From an uncultured Opitutales bacterium (GTDB lineage: Bacteria; Verrucomicrobiota; Verrucomicrobiia; Opitutales; Intestinicryptomonadaceae), in the NCBI GenBank assembly GCA_934613415.1, contig CAKTSY010000002.1, forward strand, positions 390,001 through 422,000: 32,000 bases of DNA. Reading direction: 5' to 3'. Below the pieces are notes generated by a model that saw only the letters and a list, made by a program, of their open reading frames with translations, made no database searches and had not been told where the DNA came from. Shown piece after piece: positions 25,081 through 32,000 of the stretch (position 1 is the stretch's first letter; each line of letters opens with the position of its first letter). The position numbers were made by a program, and so were the translations under genes.

Positions 25081-26052
25081 ATGAAGATGAAAAAATATGT
25101 ATTGTTCGCGGTTGTTTCTGTCTTTGCATGCTGCGCTTTTGCAGGGCAAATCAACAAAGAGGCAAAGCAGTTTAAATATAGCACAACAATAGAAAAGGAG
25201 CGCCCGCAACTAAACGAAGCCACAAAAAAGCTGATTGCGGCATATCGCAAAAACCCCACAAAGGAAAATTACAACGCGCTTAAAAAGCAGGTAGAGCTTA
25301 ACTACGACGCCGTTATTGCGCGCAAGCAGGCAAAGTTGCAGGAATTGAAAAAAACGGCAAAACATGCAAGCAAAATAGCCGAGATGGAGGAGATTGTAAG
25401 CGACGTTATTAAAGACCGCCAAAACCGCATAGAGCAAAGTATGCGCCGTTTTACAGACCCCCGCTTAAGGCCTAACGCCCGCAGTGTAAGCGGCGGATTT
25501 TTGCCCGTGTTGGGCGCGGCGCAAAACGTTAACATTGCCTATACGCCCGTTACAAACGCGCAATTTGCAGAATTTGTAAAGGCGACAAACGCAAAAGCTC
25601 CAAAAGATTGGCAAAACGGCGCAGTTGCTTCGGGTAAGGAAAATTTGCCCGTTGTAAACGTTTCGTACGAAACTGCGGTAAAATATTGCATCTGGCTTTC
25701 CGAAAAAGACAAAGGCGCAACATACCGCTTGCCAACCGAAACGGAATGGGAATATGCCGCGGGCCACATGCCCAAAGACGCCGATTTTAACTGCGGCGTT
25801 CAAAAGTCGCTAAGCAATGTGTTTGCATACTCGAAAACGCTTTCGGCAAGCGGCGCAATAGATATGTGGGGCAACTGCTGGGAAATGACTTCTACTTGTG
25901 TAAGCAAAAACGGCAAAACGCAAATAAAGGTAAAAGGCGGCGCATTCGATTCGCCCAGAATGAGTTGCAGAACCGAATATAGAGACGAAACGCGCGATGC
26001 AAATTCGGCCTACGGCAATGTAGGGTTTAGGGTTGTGCGCCAAACCAAATAA
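25081..26052 (+). CDS. formylglycine-generating-enzyme (SUMF1/FGE-sulfatase, DUF323) domain protein with N-terminal signal and coiled-coil region (323 aa)
   Basis: Signal MKMKKYVLFAVVSVFACCAFAG. FGE-domain motifs are YRLPTETEWEYAA, MWGNCWEMT, KGGAFDS and NVGFRVVR. Confidence 0.75.
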   Translation: MKMKKYVLFAVVSVFACCAFAGQINKEAKQFKYSTTIEKERPQLNEATKKLIAAYRKNPTKENYNALKKQVELNYDAVIARKQAKLQELKKTAKHASKIAEMEEIVSDVIKDRQNRIEQSMRRFTDPRLRPNARSVSGGFLPVLGAAQNVNIAYTPVTNAQFAEFVKATNAKAPKDWQNGAVASGKENLPVVNVSYETAVKYCIWLSEKDKGATYRLPTETEWEYAAGHMPKDADFNCGVQKSLSNVFAYSKTLSASGAIDMWGNCWEMTSTCVSKNGKTQIKVKGGAFDSPRMSCRTEYRDETRDANSAYGNVGFRVVRQTK

Positions 26053-26097
26053 GCTTATTACCCAAAAGCATTAAAAAACATTCAAAGCGTGCAAAGT

Positions 26098-26631
26098 TTA
26101 TTTGCGCGCTTTTTTTGGCATTGTAAAGTGCGTTGTGTCTATATGCTCGGTTTTAAGCAGCTTTATTTTGTTTTCCAAGCCGCCGGCATAGCCCGTAAGG
26201 TTGCAGTTTGCACCCATCACCCTGTGGCAGGGAACTATAATAGAAATATTGTTTTTGCCGACCGCGTTGCCCACGGCCTGTGCCGACATCTTTTTTATGC
26301 CGCATTCCTTTGCGATTTCTTCGGCAAGGCGGCCGTATGTTGTTGTTTTTCCGTAGGGAATTTTCTGCAAAAGCTTCCAAACTTTTAGCTGAAACTGCGT
26401 GCCCGACATCTTAATTGGAACCTTAAAATTCGGCTCTTTGCCCGAAAAGTAAATATCCAGCCATTTTTTTGAAAGGCTCAATATTTTCGAATTTTTTTCG
26501 GGAAGGCCTTTCAAATTGCAAGGGTAGTGTTTTTCGTCGGCAATCCAAAGCCCGCATAATGCACAGTCTTGGGCGGCTAAAAGCAGCTCGCCTAAAATGC
26601 AATCGTACCTGCATAAAGAAATATTCAGCAT
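26098..26631 (-). CDS. ogt: methylated-DNA--protein-cysteine methyltransferase (177 aa)
   Basis: Active site IIVPCHRV, plus TYGRLAEEI and VGNAVGKN. ATG at 26631 is preferred over the TTG-initiated extension to 26718. Confidence 0.9.
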   Translation of the reverse strand: MLNISLCRYDCILGELLLAAQDCALCGLWIADEKHYPCNLKGLPEKNSKILSLSKKWLDIYFSGKEPNFKVPIKMSGTQFQLKVWKLLQKIPYGKTTTYGRLAEEIAKECGIKKMSAQAVGNAVGKNNISIIVPCHRVMGANCNLTGYAGGLENKIKLLKTEHIDTTHFTMPKKARK

Positions 26632-26879
26632 GCCCGAAATTTTTTTAATGGCAGGCACAATGGCAACAAAATTTTTATTTGTTGGTTTTACAAAAAATTT
26701 TTGTGTTATTTCGCACAAACCCCAAACTTTTTAAGCTAAAAGCGAAAGTTTTTCGCAATTTTATGGATAGTTTTTTCCAAAAAAAAGCCACATGCAAAAC
26801 TGCCAATAAAGCTGATAAATAGGCAGATTAATCGTTTTTTGTTGCAAATGGAAATTTTTAGCCCAAACTCTGGTCGTGT

Positions 26880-29258
26880 ATGAAAATATTTAAGCTTAAA
26901 AAAATGTTTGTTGCCGCAATTTTTGCGGTGCTTTGCATGGGGTGTTCCGATTTGCAAAAGGCGGATATTGCCGCCGAAAAAAAGGCGGTTGAGTCTGCAT
27001 ACCTATGCCCGCAAATGTACGAAACCGCAGATTTTGCCGAGTTTAAAGACGGCAAGATTTTTGCCACAAACGAAAAGTCGGCAAAAGAATACGACGTTAT
27101 GTTTAAAACAAAGCCCGTAAAATTTAAGCCGAACACGCACTATGTTTTTAATATGCTTTCCGACGTAAAATCGCTTAAGGGCAAAAGCCGTTTGCAGATT
27201 TTTATTTGGAAGATTGCGCCCAATAAAAAACCCGAATTGGTAATGGACATTTCGCAGCACGATAGCGACGGCGAATTTTTGCCGCGACGCGCCGAATTTT
27301 TTACGGGCGACGGCGACGCAAACTTTAAAATATCCTTTAACGCCGCGGGTAAAATTTCGGCAAAGGTTAAGGATATAGAAATTAAAGAGGGCAAAATAGA
27401 GACCTTTTATGCCGCAACAAAAAACCCGAAGCCCTACAAGCTAAACCGCAAAACATTGCCTACGGGCGCAAGGGACTTTGTTGTCGATATGCCAAACAAC
27501 CCGAAGGGCGCAACGGTTAACGCCGCCGATTTCGGCGTAAAAGCGGGCGAAAAAGATTTGATTACAAAACTGAACAATGCAATAGCCCACTGCAAAAAAA
27601 TAGGGGCGGCAAAGCTTGTTTTAGACAGGGGCACCTATTATTTCGACGAGGAAAAGTCGGTTGAAATGAAGGGTATAAGCGACTTCGAATTCGACGGCGG
27701 CGGCTCTACGTTTGTCTACTACAAAACAAACGGCAAAGTAAACAATATGAACATACAAAACTGCCAACGCATTAAAGTGCACAACTTTAATATGGATTGG
27801 GACTGGCAAAAGTCGCCGCTGGCAAGCATTGTAAAACTTGTTGCAATAAACGACAAAGGCAAAGACAAGTATGTGGATTTCGAATTTACCGAATACGACG
27901 ACTTCCCAAAAAAAGACTGCAAAATAATAAATTTGTCGCTGTATAACGAAAAAACGCAGACGGTAGGCATGGAGGGGTCTTTCGACGTATATTACGATTT
28001 CGGCGTAGGCAACGAGGTTATAGTTCCGAAAAAGGAATGGCTAAAGGGCAATTTGCTTAGGCTGCATTTGCCCAAAATACATAAAAAATACAGGGTAGGC
28101 CAGTTCTTTAGAATGCAGCACTACTACTATACAATGGGCGGCATTCACATGAAAAACAACAGGCACCTTACGCTTGAGAATGTAAATATATGGTCGTGCT
28201 GCGGCTTTGCCTTGGCCGTTTACGACTACCAGCAGTATTGGCAGTTTAAAAACGTAAATATTGTAAAGCCCAAAAATGCCCATCGCAGAGCCATAACATG
28301 CACGGCAGACCACTGCAACATAAGCAACACATTGGGCTTTTTTAAGATGGAAAACTGTGAAATTTCTTTCGGCGCCGACGACTGCATTAACTTTAACGAC
28401 AAGTCGGCATACGCCACCCGAAAAGACGACTACACTTTGCAGACCCGCGGCATGATGGGCTTTACAAAAAGCGCCTACAACAAGGGCGCAAATGTGGAAC
28501 TAAGGCACGACGATTTTTCGCCGGCAAACTATACGGGCAGGATTGTGGACAGAAAAGAAATAGACGCCAAAAAGGGCATATATTTGCTTTGCTTCGACAG
28601 AAAACTGCCAAAGGCGAAAAACACGGGCTTTGTTTTGTTCAACCGCAATTTCGGCACAAGGAATATGATTGTGCGCAACTGCTATTTCCACGACAACAGG
28701 GCAAGGGGCGTAATTATAGAGTGTAGCGACGTAACTTTGGAAAACTGCCGCTTTAAGCATAACGAGCACGGAGCCATGAAAATAGAGTCGGGCTACACAA
28801 ACCACTTGTGGAGCGAGGGCTTTGGCGCAAACAACATAGTAATACGCAACTGCACTTTCGAAGACGGCTGCCCCGACGGCGTTGTAGACTACAAAAAGGC
28901 AAGGGATATTTTTATAGGCTCGTATTCAAGGCGCAATTCGTTCCAATACCAAACAATGTACCCGATTGTAGACGGGCTTTTGTTCGAAAACAACACCTTT
29001 ATAGACACATACGGTGTTATGGCAACGGTTTCGTCGGCGGGCAATGTTGTGTTTGCAAACAACACGTTTATTGCCAAAACGCCGCGCAAAAACGAAAAAG
29101 ACTACAGGGGCTCTATCTTTGTGGCGTTTGCAAGCAATGTAAAGGTGGTAAACAACACTTGGGTGGAATCGCCTTTGGTGAAAACCCCCGGGGTGTTTGT
29201 AGACAAAGACAAAGTTAAAGGCTTTGTTTTTGAGGGCAACAGGCTTGTAAAACCCTAG
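26880..29258 (+). CDS. large lipoprotein with right-handed parallel beta-helix (pectate-lyase-3 / NosD-like) domain; putative glycan depolymerase (792 aa)
   Basis: Lipobox-like ...AVLCMGCSD. Pectate_lyase_3-like entry VNAADFGVKAGEKDLITKLNNAIAHCKKIGAAKLVLDRGTYYF. Repeated beta-helix rungs follow (NVNIWSCCGFA, NCYFHDNRARGVIIECSDVTLENCRFKH, NIVIRNCTFEDG, LLFENNTFID, VVFANNTFIA, VKVVNNTW). Confidence 0.65.
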   Translation: MKIFKLKKMFVAAIFAVLCMGCSDLQKADIAAEKKAVESAYLCPQMYETADFAEFKDGKIFATNEKSAKEYDVMFKTKPVKFKPNTHYVFNMLSDVKSLKGKSRLQIFIWKIAPNKKPELVMDISQHDSDGEFLPRRAEFFTGDGDANFKISFNAAGKISAKVKDIEIKEGKIETFYAATKNPKPYKLNRKTLPTGARDFVVDMPNNPKGATVNAADFGVKAGEKDLITKLNNAIAHCKKIGAAKLVLDRGTYYFDEEKSVEMKGISDFEFDGGGSTFVYYKTNGKVNNMNIQNCQRIKVHNFNMDWDWQKSPLASIVKLVAINDKGKDKYVDFEFTEYDDFPKKDCKIINLSLYNEKTQTVGMEGSFDVYYDFGVGNEVIVPKKEWLKGNLLRLHLPKIHKKYRVGQFFRMQHYYYTMGGIHMKNNRHLTLENVNIWSCCGFALAVYDYQQYWQFKNVNIVKPKNAHRRAITCTADHCNISNTLGFFKMENCEISFGADDCINFNDKSAYATRKDDYTLQTRGMMGFTKSAYNKGANVELRHDDFSPANYTGRIVDRKEIDAKKGIYLLCFDRKLPKAKNTGFVLFNRNFGTRNMIVRNCYFHDNRARGVIIECSDVTLENCRFKHNEHGAMKIESGYTNHLWSEGFGANNIVIRNCTFEDGCPDGVVDYKKARDIFIGSYSRRNSFQYQTMYPIVDGLLFENNTFIDTYGVMATVSSAGNVVFANNTFIAKTPRKNEKDYRGSIFVAFASNVKVVNNTWVESPLVKTPGVFVDKDKVKGFVFEGNRLVKP

Positions 29259-29283
29259 CATACAAAAGCGCAAAATACTATGC

Positions 29284-29322
29284 AAAGCGGCTCGGCCTTT
29301 AAAAGGGCAAAGCCGCTTTTTT
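29284..29322. terminator. terminator hairpin between convergent genes
   Basis: Stem AAAGCGGCT (29284-29292) / AGCCGCTTT (29311-29319), extending into T6. The A-rich left flank allows function on both strands. Confidence 0.5.
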
Positions 29323-29336
29323 GCGTTTAGCTTGGG

Positions 29337-29855
29337 TTAGCCCATTGCTATGGTCAGCAAACTGTGGTAAAAATCGGCATACTCGCTTTCGCTTATTGGG
29401 CGTTGGGTGCTTAAAATTGCCATAGGGCACTTTGGCCCATTGCCGTAGCCTGGGTGGGCGTGCTTGTGCGGCGTTTCAAAAAAGCCGCAGCGTTTGTAAA
29501 AGCGCAGCCTTTTTGCCGAAATTTCGTCTACAACATAGTCTACTTCAAGCACAAAAATTTTGGGGCTGCCTGCCAAAACATCTTGCATAATTTTGCCGCC
29601 AATGCCGCAGTTTCGCATAGTGTCGTTTACTGCAAGGTGCTCTATATACACGCAGTTTTTAAAATCCCAAAACGACACAAACCCCAAAAGCGCGCGGTTT
29701 TGCGTATAGCAAAAAAGCGAAAATTTTTTGTCGGCTATTGCCTTTTGCAACTCGGCGTCTGTTCTTTGCTCGCAAATAGGGAAGCTTTTTTTGTAAAGCT
29801 CTAAAAATTGCGGGTAAATTTGGTGCAGGGTGCTTTCTATCTTAATTTTTTGCAT
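29337..29855 (-). CDS. GNAT-family N-acetyltransferase (172 aa)
   Basis: Acetyl-CoA binding motif A: IEHLAVNDTMRNCGIGGKIMQ (R/Q-x-x-G-x-G/A), followed by ...RLRFYKRCGF. Confidence 0.8.
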   Translation of the reverse strand: MQKIKIESTLHQIYPQFLELYKKSFPICEQRTDAELQKAIADKKFSLFCYTQNRALLGFVSFWDFKNCVYIEHLAVNDTMRNCGIGGKIMQDVLAGSPKIFVLEVDYVVDEISAKRLRFYKRCGFFETPHKHAHPGYGNGPKCPMAILSTQRPISESEYADFYHSLLTIAMG

Positions 29856-29965
29856 GGAATGGAATATATATTCTTAATATCCGCAAAACTTGGTCAACAA
29901 GATTAAGCTAGTATGTTTGCCCAAAAAACCTTGCAAGAACTCGCATTTGCCCCTACGCTTTTTGC

Positions 29966-30634
29966 ATGAAAGCTATAATGTTTGCCTTGTCTTTTCTTGT
30001 GTATTTTTCGCTAAATGCCGCGCAATTTTTGGGGCAAAAGGGTGGCGAGTTTGAATTTTGCGAAACTTTAGAAATTGCCTATCCCGAAAATATGCCAGAT
30101 TCCGAAAAGCCCGAATTTGCAAAAAAAGCCATAGCCCAAATAAATTCGCCTATTGTAAGGCAGCTTATTGTTTGGGCGGAAGGCGTAAAATGCGAAAGTT
30201 CAAAAAATTTCACAAAAGATTACGGCAACTTGTCTGCCTGCGATATAATCGAAAAAAACTTTTCAATTTGCGTAGATAAAAAATTGCAAATCGCCACAGT
30301 GATTTTTCGCCACAAAAATAAGAACACCGCAAGTTTTATATGTTTTGACTTGGCAAGGGCTGCTGCTTTTCACTCAAAAAACGCATCTAACGAATGCCTA
30401 ACAGCCCAGCTAGAGCTTACAAAAAAAGCCTACAAGCTTTTGGCAGAGCGCAAAAAACTTTTTAGCGAATTTAAACAGGCAAAGGCCGAAAACAATGCGC
30501 AAAAGGTTGCCGAGCTAGAAAAGAAATTGCGCCAAGAACCATTCTCGCGCGAAAAAACAAAACAAATAAAAGAACAATTTAAGACGTTTAAAAATGCGCC
30601 GCAATTTTGGCTGCTGCAAAATGCAAAGCCCTAG
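29966..30634 (+). CDS. secreted hypothetical protein with Lys/Glu-rich C-terminal helical region (222 aa)
   Basis: Signal peptide MKAIMFALSFLVYFSLNAAQ. No recognisable motif. Its TAG overlaps the convergent integrase-remnant stop in a shared CTAG (30631-30634). Confidence 0.5.
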   Translation: MKAIMFALSFLVYFSLNAAQFLGQKGGEFEFCETLEIAYPENMPDSEKPEFAKKAIAQINSPIVRQLIVWAEGVKCESSKNFTKDYGNLSACDIIEKNFSICVDKKLQIATVIFRHKNKNTASFICFDLARAAAFHSKNASNECLTAQLELTKKAYKLLAERKKLFSEFKQAKAENNAQKVAELEKKLRQEPFSREKTKQIKEQFKTFKNAPQFWLLQNAKP

Positions 30635-30943
30635 TTAAAAAACTTTTCGGACTCAAAGCGCGAAATGTTGCGCATGTTAATGTAGCGACTGCATAAAAGC
30701 ATTTGGTTGCTGTGCCCCATGTTTAGCTGTAGCCTTGGCAGGTCTTTAAAACGTTTGGCAAAAAAGCTGGCGTAGGTGTGGCGCAAAACGTCGGCCTGCC
30801 ACGGCAACGCTTTGCGGCTAAAACCGCTGTTTTGCCTTATGTTCTGCCAACGGCGTTCCCAGTTTTTCGGGCATATTTTGCCAAAACCTGTGCCACGCGT
30901 AAAAATCACCCGCAAACCCTTTGTTTATCCCGTAATCTTCCAT
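30631..30943 (-). pseudogene. remnant (C-terminal ~95-105 codons) of a tyrosine recombinase / phage-type integrase
   Basis: The catalytic-domain tail reads ...NWERRWQNIRQNSGF...WQADVLRHTYASFFAK...LQLNMGHSNQMLLCSRYINM, giving the R-H-x-x-R/H...GH...Y pattern. An in-frame stop lies at 30925-30927. A further short piece reads in another frame across an A5 tract (~30865). The N-terminal 150-250 codons expected for an integrase are absent. Confidence 0.7.
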
Positions 30944-31016
30944 AATCTCCCCCTATATCCCGTTATTCAAACCTTCTGTCACTGATCATTGTGGAGCGGA
31001 TTGGCGGCGAATGGGC

Positions 31017-31048
31017 AAAAAAAATTTCACACGGGTTCGTGTGAAATT
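31017..31048 (-). terminator. strong 12-bp hairpin with U-tail on the minus strand (orphan terminator-like element at the compositional boundary)
   Basis: AAATTTCACACG (31021-31032) - GGTT - CGTGTGAAATTT (31037-31048) is a perfect stem. On the minus strand the stem is followed by the complement of the A-run 31017-31023. No minus-strand ORF lies upstream of it. Confidence 0.45.
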
Positions 31049-31247
31049 TAAAACGCGGAGAGAGAGAGGGAATACACTGAAATTCACAAGTCGTTTATTA
31101 CCAGCAAGCAAATTTTAACGGCAAGCGTCAGTTGCATTTAGTTGTTTCATTCTTATTTAAGTAATTGTTTAATGTAGTAAAAAAGAGTCTATAACTTGAC
31201 GTTCAAAAAAAATCTGCTATTTTTGAGATTGCGATAAAGAAAGAGAG

Positions 31248-32000
31248 ATGGCATCTAAAGACCTAAATTTTCAGATAGAATTTTGCGCTGATTCAAAAGG
31301 ATATTTTGATAGAAAATGCCCTAAATGTGGATTGATTTTCGGAATAAAGTTAGCGGATTACAAATTACATAAAGGCAATATATTTTGCCCAATGTGTGGT
31401 TATTCGGAATCTTACAATAATAAAATATGGTTTACAGATAGACAAATATCTGAGATGAATGATCGAATTCGCAAACAAGCTACAGAATGGATTCACGATC
31501 GATTTAATGCTATTTTTAACAAATATCGGCATAATAGGAACGATATTATCAGTATATCGTATAAGCCAGAAAGACGTCCTATATTTAAAAATTATCCAAT
31601 TTTACAACCCAAAGAGTGGGATATAGAGATAAAATGTCAAAAATGCGGAAAGTCCTATAGTGTTATTGGGTCTGCTTTTTTCTGTCCGTTTTGTGGAGAA
31701 AACAATATAGAAGATATCTTTGAAAAGTCACTTATTGTAATTCGCCATAAGTTAAATTTTGAAAAAATATTTTATCATGACCTAAATAATATGACAGGAA
31801 ATGTCGCAATTGATTTTTCCAGATCTATTTTGGAACATTGTATATCTGAAGTCGTTTCATGTTTTCAGAAATTTGCTGAAACAATATTAAAAAACTTCAC
31901 TCAAGATCCTATACGTGTAAACGATTTTCAAATTATAAGAAGAGGGAATGAATTGTATGATAAATATACTGGGCATTCATATTTAGATTATATTTCCAAA
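31248..32000 (+). CDS. 5' part (251 codons, open at window end) of a protein with two CxxC...CxxC zinc ribbons and an alpha-helical continuation; unknown function
   Basis: It is absent from the supplied ORF track because it has no stop in the window. I translated ATG 31248 onward with no stop to 32000: MASKDLNFQIEFCADSKGYFDRKCPKCGLIFG...IFCPMCGYSE...IKCQKCGKSYSVIGSAFFCPFCGENN...FQIIRRGNELYDKYTGHSYLDYISK. A purine-rich AAAGAAAGAGAG lies just upstream, and a possible promoter is TTGACG (31196-31201)-N16-TATTTT. GC is about 27-30%, against about 48% for the rest of the window. Confidence 0.6.
   Translation, partial: MASKDLNFQIEFCADSKGYFDRKCPKCGLIFGIKLADYKLHKGNIFCPMCGYSESYNNKIWFTDRQISEMNDRIRKQATEWIHDRFNAIFNKYRHNRNDIISISYKPERRPIFKNYPILQPKEWDIEIKCQKCGKSYSVIGSAFFCPFCGENNIEDIFEKSLIVIRHKLNFEKIFYHDLNNMTGNVAIDFSRSILEHCISEVVSCFQKFAETILKNFTQDPIRVNDFQIIRRGNELYDKYTGHSYLDYISK

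Noticed and set aside
26632-26718. A TTG-initiated 29-codon extension of ogt.
   Set aside because: The ATG at 26631 gives a 177-aa protein of canonical Ogt length. The extension starts with a non-ATG codon and has no homology-like features.
30985-31016. Possible tRNA or tmRNA 3' end as an integration target. The minus strand reads ...CCATTCGCCGCCAATCCGCTCCA, reminiscent of ...GCTCCACCA.
   Set aside because: No T-arm can be formed: no 5-bp stem surrounds a GTTCRANYC-like loop, there is no acceptor-stem partner, and there is no CCA. This is judged coincidental. tRNAscan-SE or ARAGORN on 30,900-31,150 would settle it.
31056-31071. A (GA)n-like run GGAGAGAGAGAGGGAA at the compositional boundary.
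   Set aside because: It is too short and imperfect to call a microsatellite or a functional repeat. It is noted only as part of the junction sequence.
1-32000. A scan for CRISPR arrays, rRNA or tRNA genes, IS elements with inverted repeats, and long direct repeats.
   Set aside because: By eye, no regularly spaced direct repeats, no rRNA/tRNA-like conserved blocks and no transposase-like ORFs were seen. The only mobile-element trace is the integrase remnant at 30631-30943.

Overview
A 32-kb chromosomal window from a Gram-negative bacterium, about 48% GC by hand count of a few lines. Two PEP-CTERM sorting signals, a TonB-dependent receptor and an OprB-like porin suggest a PVC-type or similar anaerobe, but the taxon cannot be determined from this window. 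I can support about 30 protein genes. Housekeeping and stress genes are tyrS, rubrerythrin, ogt, a DASS transporter and a TRIC/UPF0126 channel. Secreted glycan and nucleoside enzymes are a GH2 beta-mannosidase-like enzyme, a 792-aa beta-helix lipoprotein, an FGE-like protein and a nucleoside hydrolase. A surface-polysaccharide patch holds a GT4, an acyltransferase-3 and a hexapeptide O-acetyltransferase. A CsoR/RcnR-family repressor sits with a P1B ATPase as a metal-efflux operon. Four observations stand out. (1) A clear cobalamin riboswitch (7921-8076, minus) precedes a tight operon of PEP-CTERM protein, BtuB-like TonB receptor and second PEP-CTERM protein; this is a candidate undescribed corrinoid-capture system. 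(2) GC drops abruptly to about 27-30% after ~31.05 kb, next to a decayed tyrosine-integrase remnant, and an unannotated ORF with two zinc ribbons runs off the window end; this is probably the edge of a horizontally acquired (possibly defence) island. (3) One polypeptide combines an acyl-AMP ligase, a carrier domain and a PlsC acyltransferase. (4) Three genes look disrupted: an EamA transporter with an in-frame TAA, a frameshifted acyltransferase-3 and the truncated integrase. No rRNA, tRNA, CRISPR array or intact transposase was seen. All family calls rest on motif recognition by eye; no searches were run.
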